32,000 nt of DNA from Xylella taiwanensis (GCF_013177435.1 NZ_CP053627.1:1200001-1232000), one strand, 5' to 3'. Counted from the first letter of the stretch, positions 18,571-27,735 are shown. Made by a program: numbers and translations. Notes: generated by a model from the sequence alone, not told the origin.

Positions 18571-20012
18571 AGCGTGCGGGACAGGTCGGAGCCCCAGGTG
18601 GCGAGCTGGTCCAAGAGGATCTGCTTGGCTGCATCCTGGGAGTGAGTCATGCGTAACTCGGCGATTTGGGTGTGGAACTGGTCGATGGTGAGCTCCGATA
18701 GGCCGGTGGCGGTGGTCAGACGTTGGCGCCGATACGTGTCCCAGCGTGCCTGTTCGTCACCAGACAGTGTGTCTGGCCAGTTACGCGCGCGGTAGCGGAA
18801 GAGCAACTCGATTAGACGTGGATCATGCAGGCGCTGGTCGAACGTTGCCAAACCATCAGGCGGACAGGCGCGTAGCTGCGGCAGTAGATGGCGGTCATCC
18901 TCGGTGAGGAAGCCGTCGTACAGTGAAGTGTCGGCGTCGTTGACGGTGTTGGAGGCTTGGTGTGTGTGGTCGAAGACGTGGCGGACCTTTTCGGCCAAGT
19001 CCGGTCCGCAGGCGCGCAGCTGTGCGGCTTTGGCTTCGAGCATGCTTGGGTCGAGGCCAAGGCGGGTGAAGTCTGATGCACGCAGGTGGTTCCAGGCGAT
19101 CAGGGCCGGTACTTTGTTGAGGTGGACTTCTTTCAGTGGAACGCGTTGTTCCCCTTCGGGTAGATCCGCGGCTGGGGTGTACAGACGGTCAGCGATGTCT
19201 TCCGCGGATAGGTGTAGCAGTGGGTCTATGTCGCTGCTCAGGTCGAAGACGATGATGCGGCTGTTGATGTGTGGGTGCTTGGCAAGCGGCAGCACGGCGG
19301 CGGCGCACTGTCGTGTGGCCGGATAGCGCTGTGAGATATGCAGTGCTGGTTGCATTGAGATTGGGTCGAGCAGCTTGCCGCAAAAGTGTTTGTCGCGCAG
19401 TTTGAGCGCGTAATCCCAGAGGCGTGGCTGTGCGGTACGGAATTTGCGCGCCATGCCGATGGTGGCATAGACATCCGACAATGCTTCGTGTGCCTGGCCT
19501 TCGCGCACATCGTTGGCCAGAGCAAGATGTTCGAGTTTAAATGAGGTGGCACCGTCCTCGCGTGTTGGCCAGTGGATGCCTTCTGGACGTAGCGCGTGCA
19601 TCAGTCGCAGCATGTCCAGCAGGTCCCAACGTGAGTTGCCATTCCGCCATTCGCGTTCGTATGGGTCGTAGAAGTTACGGAATAGGCCGTAGCGGATGAA
19701 TTCGTCGTCGAAACGTAGGGTGTTGTAGCCGAGCGAGCAAGTTTGTGGTCGCGTCATCTGTGTGGCGATGTGCGCGAAGGCTTCAGCCTCGCTCACGCCT
19801 TCGCGGAGTGCCTGTTGCGGGGTGATCCCGGTGATCAAGGTGGCATGGGGCGAGGGCAGGAGGTCGGCGGCGGGTGTGACGAGAAAACTGATGGGCTCCT
19901 CAATGACGTTCAATTCGGGATCTGTCCGTATCGCGGCGAACTGTGCGATGCGAGTACGGCGCGGGTCTTGACCGAAGGTTTCTAAGTCGTAGAACAGAAA
20001 GCTGGTGGTCAT
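18567..20012 (-). CDS. sbcB: exodeoxyribonuclease I
   Basis: The 481-aa ORF carries the DEDDh ExoI N-terminus FLFYDLETFG, followed by GYNTLRFDDEFIRY and HEALSDVYATIG (ExoIII motif H-x4-D). Its length matches ExoI, including the SH3-like and C-terminal domains. Confidence 0.92.
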   Translation of the reverse strand: MTTSFLFYDLETFGQDPRRTRIAQFAAIRTDPELNVIEEPISFLVTPAADLLPSPHATLITGITPQQALREGVSEAEAFAHIATQMTRPQTCSLGYNTLRFDDEFIRYGLFRNFYDPYEREWRNGNSRWDLLDMLRLMHALRPEGIHWPTREDGATSFKLEHLALANDVREGQAHEALSDVYATIGMARKFRTAQPRLWDYALKLRDKHFCGKLLDPISMQPALHISQRYPATRQCAAAVLPLAKHPHINSRIIVFDLSSDIDPLLHLSAEDIADRLYTPAADLPEGEQRVPLKEVHLNKVPALIAWNHLRASDFTRLGLDPSMLEAKAAQLRACGPDLAEKVRHVFDHTHQASNTVNDADTSLYDGFLTEDDRHLLPQLRACPPDGLATFDQRLHDPRLIELLFRYRARNWPDTLSGDEQARWDTYRRQRLTTATGLSELTIDQFHTQIAELRMTHSQDAAKQILLDQLATWGSDLSRTL

Positions 20013-20209
20013 AGCACGTACAGAAGATCTGAATAGGACGGCGAGTATCCCTTATCTGGGAGTGGTCACTGTGTACCTGGGCAGATGAATTGGGACGTTC
20101 AACCGCTTACATATGCACATGGCGGTGGAGGGGCATGCAACGCTGTGCAGATATTTTGGTCTGATATCGATCAAACGAACGGTGGTTGGGGGTTTTCAGT
20201 TTACAAGCC

Positions 20210-21024
20210 TCAGTTTATCGGGTTGATGTGATGGCTCGGCAGATGGTGTGTCCGGCGGCTGACCGTTTGGTGAGGAGGGAGGATGTTGGAGAAGGATGTA
20301 TTGTCCTCAATCGTTAATGTGGCTGTACGGATGATGGCATCGGGCCATGGTGTGTTCCGGGGAGATGGCGACAGATGTCGGTTGAACTGCAACGTTCCGC
20401 TCAGATCATCATGAAGCACCTTGCTGGCGGTGCGCATTGTTTGTTCGTGTTCGAGCAGTCCAGTGATGGTTTGCAGGCTGCGCTGTACGAGATCGTGGAT
20501 GACAACATCGTTTGTCAAGAATCAGATGGATAGAGGGAGTGGTTGACTGTTGGTGGTGTCGCGTGAATGGTGCGTTCGATCATGGGTGAATGGTGTCCTC
20601 GCCGATCTTCTGATAATCGACTCACTTGCTCCAGTGCGGCGAGTGGGTGCTACAGCTATTGGAAGTGGGAAAACCAGGCTATTTAAAGTCACGATTTTTC
20701 GTGTAGATCATCACGAGATGATGCACGGGTTTGGCCATTTTTCGGTCGAGTTCGTCCGGTGCTGGAGATGTATCCGTAAGGGTCGAAATATTGTCAAAAG
20801 CAACGATGCGGCCAGTTAGCACCAAGTCTCAAAGCAAGCGGCGGTGCTGCGGATCAATGGCACTGTTGGTGGAAATGAGCAGGGAGGACAGTTTGCATTG
20901 TCTTCATCAGGCAGTGCAGCTCTTCAACGATGAGTTGTTGCCCAACTGTTCTTTTCTTTGCACTCAATTTAAGGGCAGCTGCATTGATGCTGGGTCCATT
21001 GGTTTGGTGTATGGACACTTCTAG
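20210..21024 (-). pseudogene. possible decayed LysR-type transcriptional regulator (very tentative)
   Basis: The minus-strand open frame 21024..20857 reads LEVSIHQTNGPSINAAALKLSAKKRTVGQQLIVEELHCL. This follows the LysR wHTH pattern (...G-S-x-x-x-A-A-x-x-L-x-x-x-x-x-x-V-S-x-Q-I-x-x-L-E-E-x-L). The 102-aa minus ORF 20518..20210 (HDLVQRSLQTITGLLEHEQTMRTASKVLHDDLSGTLQF) loosely resembles the LysR C-terminal effector-domain segment. The pieces are in different frames with stops between them. Confidence 0.3.
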
Positions 21025-22645
21025 TCATCGGATGATGACATTGAAACTGTGAAAACATTGAACATCGCGTTGAGTGTTTTGCAGTAGTCAGAAAGTCGAT
21101 GGAACGCTTTTGGTCGATGTTATTAGAGGCTTCACGTCGTTTGTCGCCACGTGCGTTGTTTCAGGTCCATGTTTTAATCGAGCACCCGATGTTCGCTATG
21201 TTTGCTTGCCATAGTTATTTACTTTGCGATGCGTATGGATCTGGTGCGTCAGTGTTGATATTGATGTGCGATGGGTGTCATCAATGTTTTTGGATGCAGG
21301 CACTATTCGATAGCACGCGTGGTTGTGCTGGTGATGTTGCAGAGCCTTGGTGACCTTACGTTTGCGTTGTGGTTGCGGTGGTGTTGAGCATCTTTTTTGT
21401 TTTTGTGTGCATATGTTTCTTTTACTTTATATCCAGCATGGTTTGCCAATCATCGTGCTATAACCTGGTTGGCTTGGTAAACGTCTGACTTAACTGATTG
21501 CGCCGCTGCTATACCGATGTGCAATTGTGGTTGCTGCGGCACGCTGGCTCGTGCTGTACGAGATGGAATACCGTGCTTCGGGCAGTCCGGCGTTGTTCGG
21601 TCAAGTGTTACGCATGCTTGAACACGTCTGCTTGCATCCGTACTTGAATGAGTCCCGTGGTTTGGATTACGGTGTTTGGAAGTCTTTGTTGCTGTTGTAT
21701 CTGGTTGTAGATATTTCGGTGATGTGGTTATCGATCTAGCCCTTGCTTTTGGTCATATGTTTGCTGTGTTGCTGATTGGTTCTGGCAGCTTGACTCACAT
21801 TCTGTACGATGCTGACGGTAGTTACAGCAATGCACAGCCGGCACCGCATATGCAACCATTTGTTGACTGGAGCGAATATCAGTTGCGCGGACGACATTCC
21901 GGCGTGACTGGATGACTGTTGCTAAGCGCTGTATGACAAGCAAGCACACTCGACGGATGCACAGATAAACATTGGTTGTTGTTGTACGTGGCAATGAATG
22001 TGTTTGGTGATATGTGACTTGCTGCGCAGCGACTGGACGCCTGTGTAGATGAGAGTTTTCTCGCAATGATATTTATCGTTTCGACGCCGTGTTGTTGGTA
22101 TACCCGGTGTGAGTGCATTGTGTGCAAGCGAAGGGTGGTGAGCTGGAATGGTTAGGGTTTGCTGCGATGCGATGCAAGTGGTGTTTGAGGTGGCACGCTG
22201 AACGTCCGTTGATAGGTGCGGACGTGATGCTATGGTCTTGAACATAGGGAAGGGAACTATTTGTCATTGATCATGTTATTGCTGGTGTTCTTAATTTTTC
22301 TGGGGTAAGCATACTGTCAGTCTGTGCGAGTCAGATTGCAGTGATGGCGGTGAACGTACGATCTCCGCAGTTAGGGAGAGGATGAGTTTCATCGAGCACA
22401 TTGCCGATGTTTTCATGGAGATGATTTGTTATGGGAAGTGGTTGTTGACGTTGTATTGTCAGTGAATCGGATGATGATGTAGTGATGTATGTTGTGGTGA
22501 GTATCTTTAGGTGCGATGTTTCAATCAGGCAGATGAACTCAGTTTCATCTGAATGATTTGGGAAAAGGAGATGTTCTTGGTGCAGTGCAATCGCTAACGT
22601 CCATGGTGACTATGTGCAGTATGGCTGTGATGTCTTTTCCTCATC

Positions 22646-22684
22646 ATTCATGGTTTTTGCATGATAATTCATGGTTTCTGCGTG
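22646..22684 (+). repeat. tandem 18-nt direct repeat ATTCATGGTTTYTGCRTG with 21-nt period, spanning the antiporter start
   Basis: Copy 1 is 22646-22663 (ATTCATGGTTTTTGCATG) and copy 2 is 22667-22684 (ATTCATGGTTTCTGCGTG), identical at 16 of 18 positions. The terminal ATG (22661) and GTG (22682) are in the same reading frame. Confidence 0.85.
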
Positions 22685-24319
22685 TATTCGATTCAAGTAG
22701 TCCTTGCGATGTTGCTTGTCGTGGCAGCCAGTGGCTACCTTGTGCGTATTATTCCATTTTCGATGCCGCTCCCTCTGGTGCAGATCGCACTTGGTGCGGT
22801 GATTTCTGGTGTATTCGATTACGGCCACAAGTTGCAGCCGGAGTTGTTTTTCTTATTGTTCTTGCCACCCTTGTTGTTTTTGGATGGTTGGCGCATTCCT
22901 AAGCAGGGTTTATTCCGCGATAAAAATACGATCTTAGAGTTAGCACTGGGACTGGTGGTCTTTACTGTATTGGGTGTCGGGTTCTTGATTCACTGGATGA
23001 TTCCCACAATGCCGCTGCCGCTGGCCTTTGCGCTGGCGGCGATTTTGTCGCCCACCGATCCCGTGGCGCTGTCTTCGATTACTGCAAGGGTGCCTATTCC
23101 CAAGCGCATGATGCATATTTTGGAAGGCGAGTCGCTGCTTAACGACGCGACTGGTTTGGTCTGTTTTCAATTTGCAATTGCGGCACTGTTGACCGGTCAT
23201 TTTTCTTTGATGGCTGCCTCGCTGACTTTCGTCTGGGTTTTACTGATCGGTTTGAGTTTAGGCGCAGCGACGACCTACGTGTTTTGTGGAGTACAGGGTT
23301 GGATCTGGCGTCATTTCGGTGGGGAGCCGGGGGCGGCAATCCTGATCAATCTATTGATTCCTTTTGCTGCTTATCTGCTGGCTGAGAGCATGCATGCTTC
23401 GGGGATTCTGGCGGCAGTTGCGGCTGGGATCACGATGAGTTATGTCGAATTGAACGGTAATGCTCCCGGTACGATGCGGGTGCAGCGCTGGGCGGTCTGG
23501 GAGATGGTGCAGTTTGCTTTCAATGGCATTATCTTCGTGCTACTCGGTGAGCAGTTGCCTGGCATCCTTAACGATGTAATCGACAGTGCACAGCAAGCTG
23601 GGCATATGAATCCGGCATGGTTATTGGTTTACGTTGGTGTGATTAGCGTCGGATTGATGTTGTTGCGTTTTGTATGGGCGTGGGTGTCACTGCAGTGGAC
23701 CTTGTTTTACGCGGCTTACCGTGGTGAGCAGCACATTAGCCCGCCGTGGCAGATTGTGGTTGTGGCGTCGTTGTCTGGGGTGCGTGGCGCGGTCACTCTG
23801 GCTGGCGTGCTTACCTTGCCGTTGTTGATGCCGGATGGCTCACCACTGCCGGCACGGCAACTGGTGATTTTCCTGGCGGCCTCGGTCATCCTGGTTTCGC
23901 TGTTGCTGGCTAGCGTGGTGTTGCCGTATTTGCTGCGTGGCTTGGAGCTTCCTGAGGAGAGTAGCTATGAGCAGGAAGAGGATTTTGCGCGCAGGGCATC
24001 GGCTCAGGCGGCACTTGAGGCAGTAGAGCGGTTGCGTCAGAGGTTGGTTGAGGATAGCGCTAATGCTGAGCGCTACAATGAGGCGGCTAATCAAGTCAGC
24101 CAATTGTATCAACGCAAGCTTGGCGCTGTTGATTTGGCTAAGGCCGATCCACAGGAAACCAAGGTGTTCGAGCAGGTTGTACGGCGCTTTCGTCAGGTTG
24201 GTTTGGCCGCTGAGCGTGACGAACTGTTCAGATTGGCGCGCGAGTCGCATATTTCCGATGAGTTGTCGCGGCGGATGGTGCGTAATCTGGATTTGATCGA
24301 GGTACGTAGGCGTAGTTAG
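22661..24319 (+). CDS. CPA1-family Na+(K+)/H+ antiporter, NhaP-type, with C-terminal cytoplasmic helical domain
   Basis: The 552-aa ORF is a multi-TM protein with CPA1 signatures AILSPTDPVA and EGESLLNDATG. It has a charged, coiled-coil-like C-terminal tail of about 130 aa. The start may be ATG 22661 or the in-frame GTG 22682. Confidence 0.88.
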   Translation: MIIHGFCVYSIQVVLAMLLVVAASGYLVRIIPFSMPLPLVQIALGAVISGVFDYGHKLQPELFFLLFLPPLLFLDGWRIPKQGLFRDKNTILELALGLVVFTVLGVGFLIHWMIPTMPLPLAFALAAILSPTDPVALSSITARVPIPKRMMHILEGESLLNDATGLVCFQFAIAALLTGHFSLMAASLTFVWVLLIGLSLGAATTYVFCGVQGWIWRHFGGEPGAAILINLLIPFAAYLLAESMHASGILAAVAAGITMSYVELNGNAPGTMRVQRWAVWEMVQFAFNGIIFVLLGEQLPGILNDVIDSAQQAGHMNPAWLLVYVGVISVGLMLLRFVWAWVSLQWTLFYAAYRGEQHISPPWQIVVVASLSGVRGAVTLAGVLTLPLLMPDGSPLPARQLVIFLAASVILVSLLLASVVLPYLLRGLELPEESSYEQEEDFARRASAQAALEAVERLRQRLVEDSANAERYNEAANQVSQLYQRKLGAVDLAKADPQETKVFEQVVRRFRQVGLAAERDELFRLARESHISDELSRRMVRNLDLIEVRRRS

Positions 24320-24715
24320 TTGAACAGGGCGGGTACTATGTTGGATTGAATGAACCTGTTTTGCTTCCATGAAATAGTACGGAACCTTGTGTTTGAGCTT
24401 CGACCTCATTGGATTGCAATGTGTGTACATGTCTTACCGATCTGGATTTGAATCCAATCTTCGAGAGCATGCATTTCTTGACGCTGTCGTGTTGAGTATT
24501 GTTGAAACGCAGGCTTCCCTTGCTTGCTTGAGTGTCGTGGAGGGGCCACATGAGACCAGTGTTGATAGATGTGGAGGTGTCTCGTGCATGCGGTTTTCGC
24601 GTCGTTGATGATAGGTTGAATGGCTTTTTTCAACCGTGCGGCAGAAGATCGCTGTATCTCTTGCGTCTGTCGTTGCAGTCGGCGCACTGCGATGTATCCT
24701 TGGTGGAGTAGCGTA

Positions 24716-25264
24716 ATGCCTGACAACAGTGCGGATTATGAGGACGAGGACAGTCTGCTTCAGGACTTTGACGATACCGACGATTACTCCGTTGGGGTTT
24801 GGAATCTGCTGGTATTGATCAATCCTGGTGATCGGGATGCTGTGTTCGGTCAGTTCAATGCGTGGCGTGACAGAGTGGCGGATCTCGATCTGGATAGCGA
24901 TGGTGTTCAGGCTTGGCTTTGGGCGCTGAAGGATGTGATTGACTGGCGTTCAGGATTTTATGCCGACGCGAAGGACATTCAATCTTTCGTTGATGCAGTG
25001 GATGAATTGATCGCGCGTTGGAATCTACGTATTGACTGGGGCGGCGATTTAGACGACGACGATTTCTTTAGTGTCACTGACGTCTCCGCACTGATGGCTG
25101 TCGCTTACGATCGCTTGCGTGAGCATGGTTATACCTTATGGAACTGGGATACATCTGGCGACAGCTATGCTGGCTGGATTGCACTGAGTCGTGACGACGA
25201 GATGATGTTGACGTTATGTTCACTGCTCGGTGTGGAAGTGCGTCATGGCAACGAAGCATTTTGA
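24716..25264 (+). CDS. hypothetical protein, strongly acidic and Trp-rich (182 aa)
   Basis: The track ORF is 24620..25264. I chose the start at ATG 24716, preceded by GGAG (24705-24708) with a 7-nt spacer. By my count the protein has about 34 Asp + 7 Glu against 10 Arg + 2 Lys, and 10 Trp. The non-repetitive, globular-looking sequence (WNLRIDWGGDLDDDDFFSVTDVSALMAVAYDRLREHGYTLWNWD) suggests a real gene, but I do not recognise a family. Confidence 0.6.
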   Translation: MPDNSADYEDEDSLLQDFDDTDDYSVGVWNLLVLINPGDRDAVFGQFNAWRDRVADLDLDSDGVQAWLWALKDVIDWRSGFYADAKDIQSFVDAVDELIARWNLRIDWGGDLDDDDFFSVTDVSALMAVAYDRLREHGYTLWNWDTSGDSYAGWIALSRDDEMMLTLCSLLGVEVRHGNEAF

Positions 25265-25467
25265 GATGTGGTGCAATGTTGATCTACGCAGTACAAAGTG
25301 GTTGACCAGGATCACTGCTAATAGCGATCGGAAAAACCTCCTCATTTCATTTTGTCGGTGTGGAAGTGGAATTTTTGAGCCGATGTACTATTTCTGGAGC
25401 AGTGCAGGGGTGCGGTTATGAATGATGCGATGCAATTCGCTTGCGGTTTAGACGATGGGAGCGAAGA

Positions 25468-26115
25468 TCAGAGTACTTGTGGTGGTTCACTGCCGATGAT
25501 CACCACGTCCGCACACCGACGCGCGAACAGGCCGACGCAGATGACGCCTGGGATTTGATTGAGTTCCTGTTCCAGCTTTACCGGGTCGGTGATGCATAAG
25601 TGATGTACATCCAGTACAAAGTTGCCGTTATCGGTGACCACTCCCTCGCGCCACACGGGTTGACCGCCGGTACGTGCCATGATCTGCCTGGCTACCAAGC
25701 TGCGTGCCATCGGGATTACTTCGATCGGTAGTGGGAACTTGCCTAGCATGGGCACCTGTTTGCTTGGATCGATGATACAAATGAACTGTTCGCTGGCTTC
25801 GGCAATGATCTTCTCGCGTGTCAGCGATGCGCCCCCTCCCTTGATAAGGCGTTTGTGGGGGTCGCATTCGTCTGCACCGTCGACATATAGAGGTAGTGTG
25901 CCGGTATGATTGAGCTCCAGGACAGTGATCCCGTGTTGCTTTAAACGTGCTGTGCTCTGCTCAGAGCTGGATACTGCACCTTTGATCCGGTTACGGATGC
26001 GTCCTAGTGCGTCGATGAAGTAGGCTACTGTTGAGCCGGTGCCGACTCCGATAATCATATCGTTCTCGACGTATTCGATGGCTTTCTCGGCCGCTCGCTG
26101 TTTTGCTTCGTTCAT
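25468..26115 (-). CDS. rpiA: ribose-5-phosphate isomerase A
   Basis: The 215-aa ORF carries the motifs [18 protein letters not shown] and [11 protein letters not shown]. Its length is typical of RpiA. Confidence 0.93.
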   Translation of the reverse strand: MNEAKQRAAEKAIEYVENDMIIGVGTGSTVAYFIDALGRIRNRIKGAVSSSEQSTARLKQHGITVLELNHTGTLPLYVDGADECDPHKRLIKGGGASLTREKIIAEASEQFICIIDPSKQVPMLGKFPLPIEVIPMARSLVARQIMARTGGQPVWREGVVTDNGNFVLDVHHLCITDPVKLEQELNQIPGVICVGLFARRCADVVIIGSEPPQVL

Positions 26116-26173
26116 GGGTTTATGAAGACGTGGAGAGGTGGGAAAACTGACAGGCGTCAGCTGACGGTTGAGT

Positions 26174-26644
26174 TCACTCTAGAGACAGCAGCAGCTTCCA
26201 TTGCGCCGTGGCGACCGGGAATACTGACAGCCGGTTGCCGCGTGTGGTCAGTGGAAAGCCCTCACCGAGGGCTTCGGCATGTTGTTTGATATTTTCAAGT
26301 GTGATGGTGCGAGCCAGTTTGCGCTCGAATGCTATGTCTACCAAGTACCAGTGTGGCTTCTCACGCTTGGCTTTGGGGTCGTAATAGTTGGAGTTCTGGT
26401 CGAATTGGCTTTCGTCCGGATAGGCTGCACTGGCTACTCGAGCCAAGCCGACGATGCCGGGTACCTTACAGTTGGAATGGTAGAACAACACACCATCGCC
26501 GATTTGTGTTCTATCACGGATGAAGTTGCGTGCTTGGTAATTGCGCACGCCATTCCAGGGTTCGGTACCCACCCGCTGTAGGTCGTTAATTGAGAAAGTA
26601 TCTGGCTCGGATTTCATCAACCAGTAGCTGGTATGAGTGCTCAT
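26174..26644 (-). CDS. EVE (PUA-like, DUF55) domain protein
   Basis: The 156-aa ORF has [16 protein letters not shown]...[15 protein letters not shown]...[10 protein letters not shown], which is characteristic of EVE domains. Its ATG overlaps the stop of the upstream 5-FCL gene (26641-26644). Confidence 0.85.
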   Translation of the reverse strand: MSTHTSYWLMKSEPDTFSINDLQRVGTEPWNGVRNYQARNFIRDRTQIGDGVLFYHSNCKVPGIVGLARVASAAYPDESQFDQNSNYYDPKAKREKPHWYLVDIAFERKLARTITLENIKQHAEALGEGFPLTTRGNRLSVFPVATAQWKLLLSLE

Positions 26645-27228
26645 GTGGAAGTAGTGGATAGCAAGAGCGTGGTGAGTTCAGTGCAGATCGCATCGACCGG
26701 GACGTCCCAAGCTTCAACCGGTAGTGCGTTAACTTCCTGCACTGCGAAGCCAACACCGACAAGCCAGGGAGGCGGTGACTGGCGATCCCGGAATGCAAAA
26801 CTGCGATCATACCAACCACCCCCCATCCCGAGTCGGTGTCCTTGTGCGTCGAAGCCGACCAGCGGTGTTACTACCAATACCATCGTTTCTGGAGTTAGGG
26901 TGTCGTCCGGTGCTACGTCTGGCTCGGGGATGCCGTAGCGGTTTGGCTTCAGTGGTTGTCCGGGGTGCCATGGCGCAAAACGCAGTGTCTTACCCACGAG
27001 TATTGGCAAGCAATAGCGTACTTGTGCAGGAAGTCTCATTTTCCAGCGGTGCAACGTGATCTCTCCATCCATCGCTAAGTAACCCGCCACCGCACCGGAT
27101 TGGGGGGCGAATGGTAGTGTCAGCAGGCGTTCTGCCAGTGCTTCAGCAGCGGCCAGACGTGCGTGTTTATCGATTGCACGGCGGTGTGTGCGGATCTGTT
27201 GACGCAGAGTAGAGCGGTTGTCGGTCAT
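26641..27228 (-). CDS. ygfA: 5-formyltetrahydrofolate cyclo-ligase (MTHFS)
   Basis: Family segments are LRQQIRTHRRAI (N-terminal helix) and VVTPLVGFDAQGHRLGMGGGWYDR (G-x-G-x-G-Y-Y-D-R-type signature). The track ORF extends to 27258. The second ATG at 27228 (MTDNRSTLRQQ...) fits homologue N-termini better. Confidence 0.85.
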   Translation of the reverse strand: MTDNRSTLRQQIRTHRRAIDKHARLAAAEALAERLLTLPFAPQSGAVAGYLAMDGEITLHRWKMRLPAQVRYCLPILVGKTLRFAPWHPGQPLKPNRYGIPEPDVAPDDTLTPETMVLVVTPLVGFDAQGHRLGMGGGWYDRSFAFRDRQSPPPWLVGVGFAVQEVNALPVEAWDVPVDAICTELTTLLLSTTST

Positions 27229-27441
27229 CGGTGTTGGATGGGAAAAAGGCGCCCGCATTGTGGTTGAGTTGGTGTAGTCGTTCGATTACGCGAACAGCGC
27301 GACTACTTGCTGTCCGACAGGAGATATCGTATTCCAATTCTTCACTCTGAATATCTGTCATCGGCATGATGGCTCTCCAAGCACAGCAGGTGCCATCTGT
27401 CTGATTCGGCAAAGTTGCTGTTGGCAGTTGGACGCAGGCGG

Positions 27442-27675
27442 TTAGTTGCTGTCGTGTGTACATTTATCTACGCGGGTGCCGGTTTGGTAGGCAGTTGGTC
27501 GACCAGTGCTTATGTACAGCAGATGTCTTGGGCGTTTCTCACGGTGAGGATCAACTGGGCCGATGTACTCGACGTATCCACCATCATAGGCAGCTTCGTA
27601 TTTCAAATCACCTCGGGAACGAGCGGGTGCTTGCGGTTGGTTGTTTTTAGTTCCCCAGTTGTATGCTGACATCAT
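27442..27675 (-). CDS. hypothetical small ORF (77 aa), coding status doubtful
   Basis: This is the only ORF of at least 60 aa on the operon strand in the ssrS-ygfA spacer. Its composition is not obviously junk (DLKYEAAYDGGYVEYIGPVDPHREKRPRH). However, it has no properly spaced SD and I recognise no family. Confidence 0.2.
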   Translation of the reverse strand: MMSAYNWGTKNNQPQAPARSRGDLKYEAAYDGGYVEYIGPVDPHREKRPRHLLYISTGRPTAYQTGTRVDKCTHDSN

Positions 27676-27735
27676 CCACGATATTCATGTCGATCAAGAT
27701 GTGTTGGATTTTTGTTCAGCTTGCTATCGCAAGTG

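Noticed and set aside
20563-20595. A 10-nt direct repeat GTGAATGGTG (20563-20572 and 20586-20595).
   Set aside because: It is short and lies in a G+T-rich low-complexity background where such repeats are expected by chance.
21728-22267. A cluster of overlapping 64-112 aa minus-strand ORFs (21728-22066, 21879-22127, 21922-22245, 22073-22267).
   Set aside because: All three minus-strand frames are open across the same DNA. This is the expected artefact of a T/G-depleted strand. The peptides are rich in His/Gln/Thr/Pro and lack starts with an SD.
23840-24430. A 196-aa minus-strand ORF overlapping the 3' end of the antiporter gene.
   Set aside because: It is a shadow ORF antisense to the well-supported NhaP C-terminal domain, and it contains no motifs.
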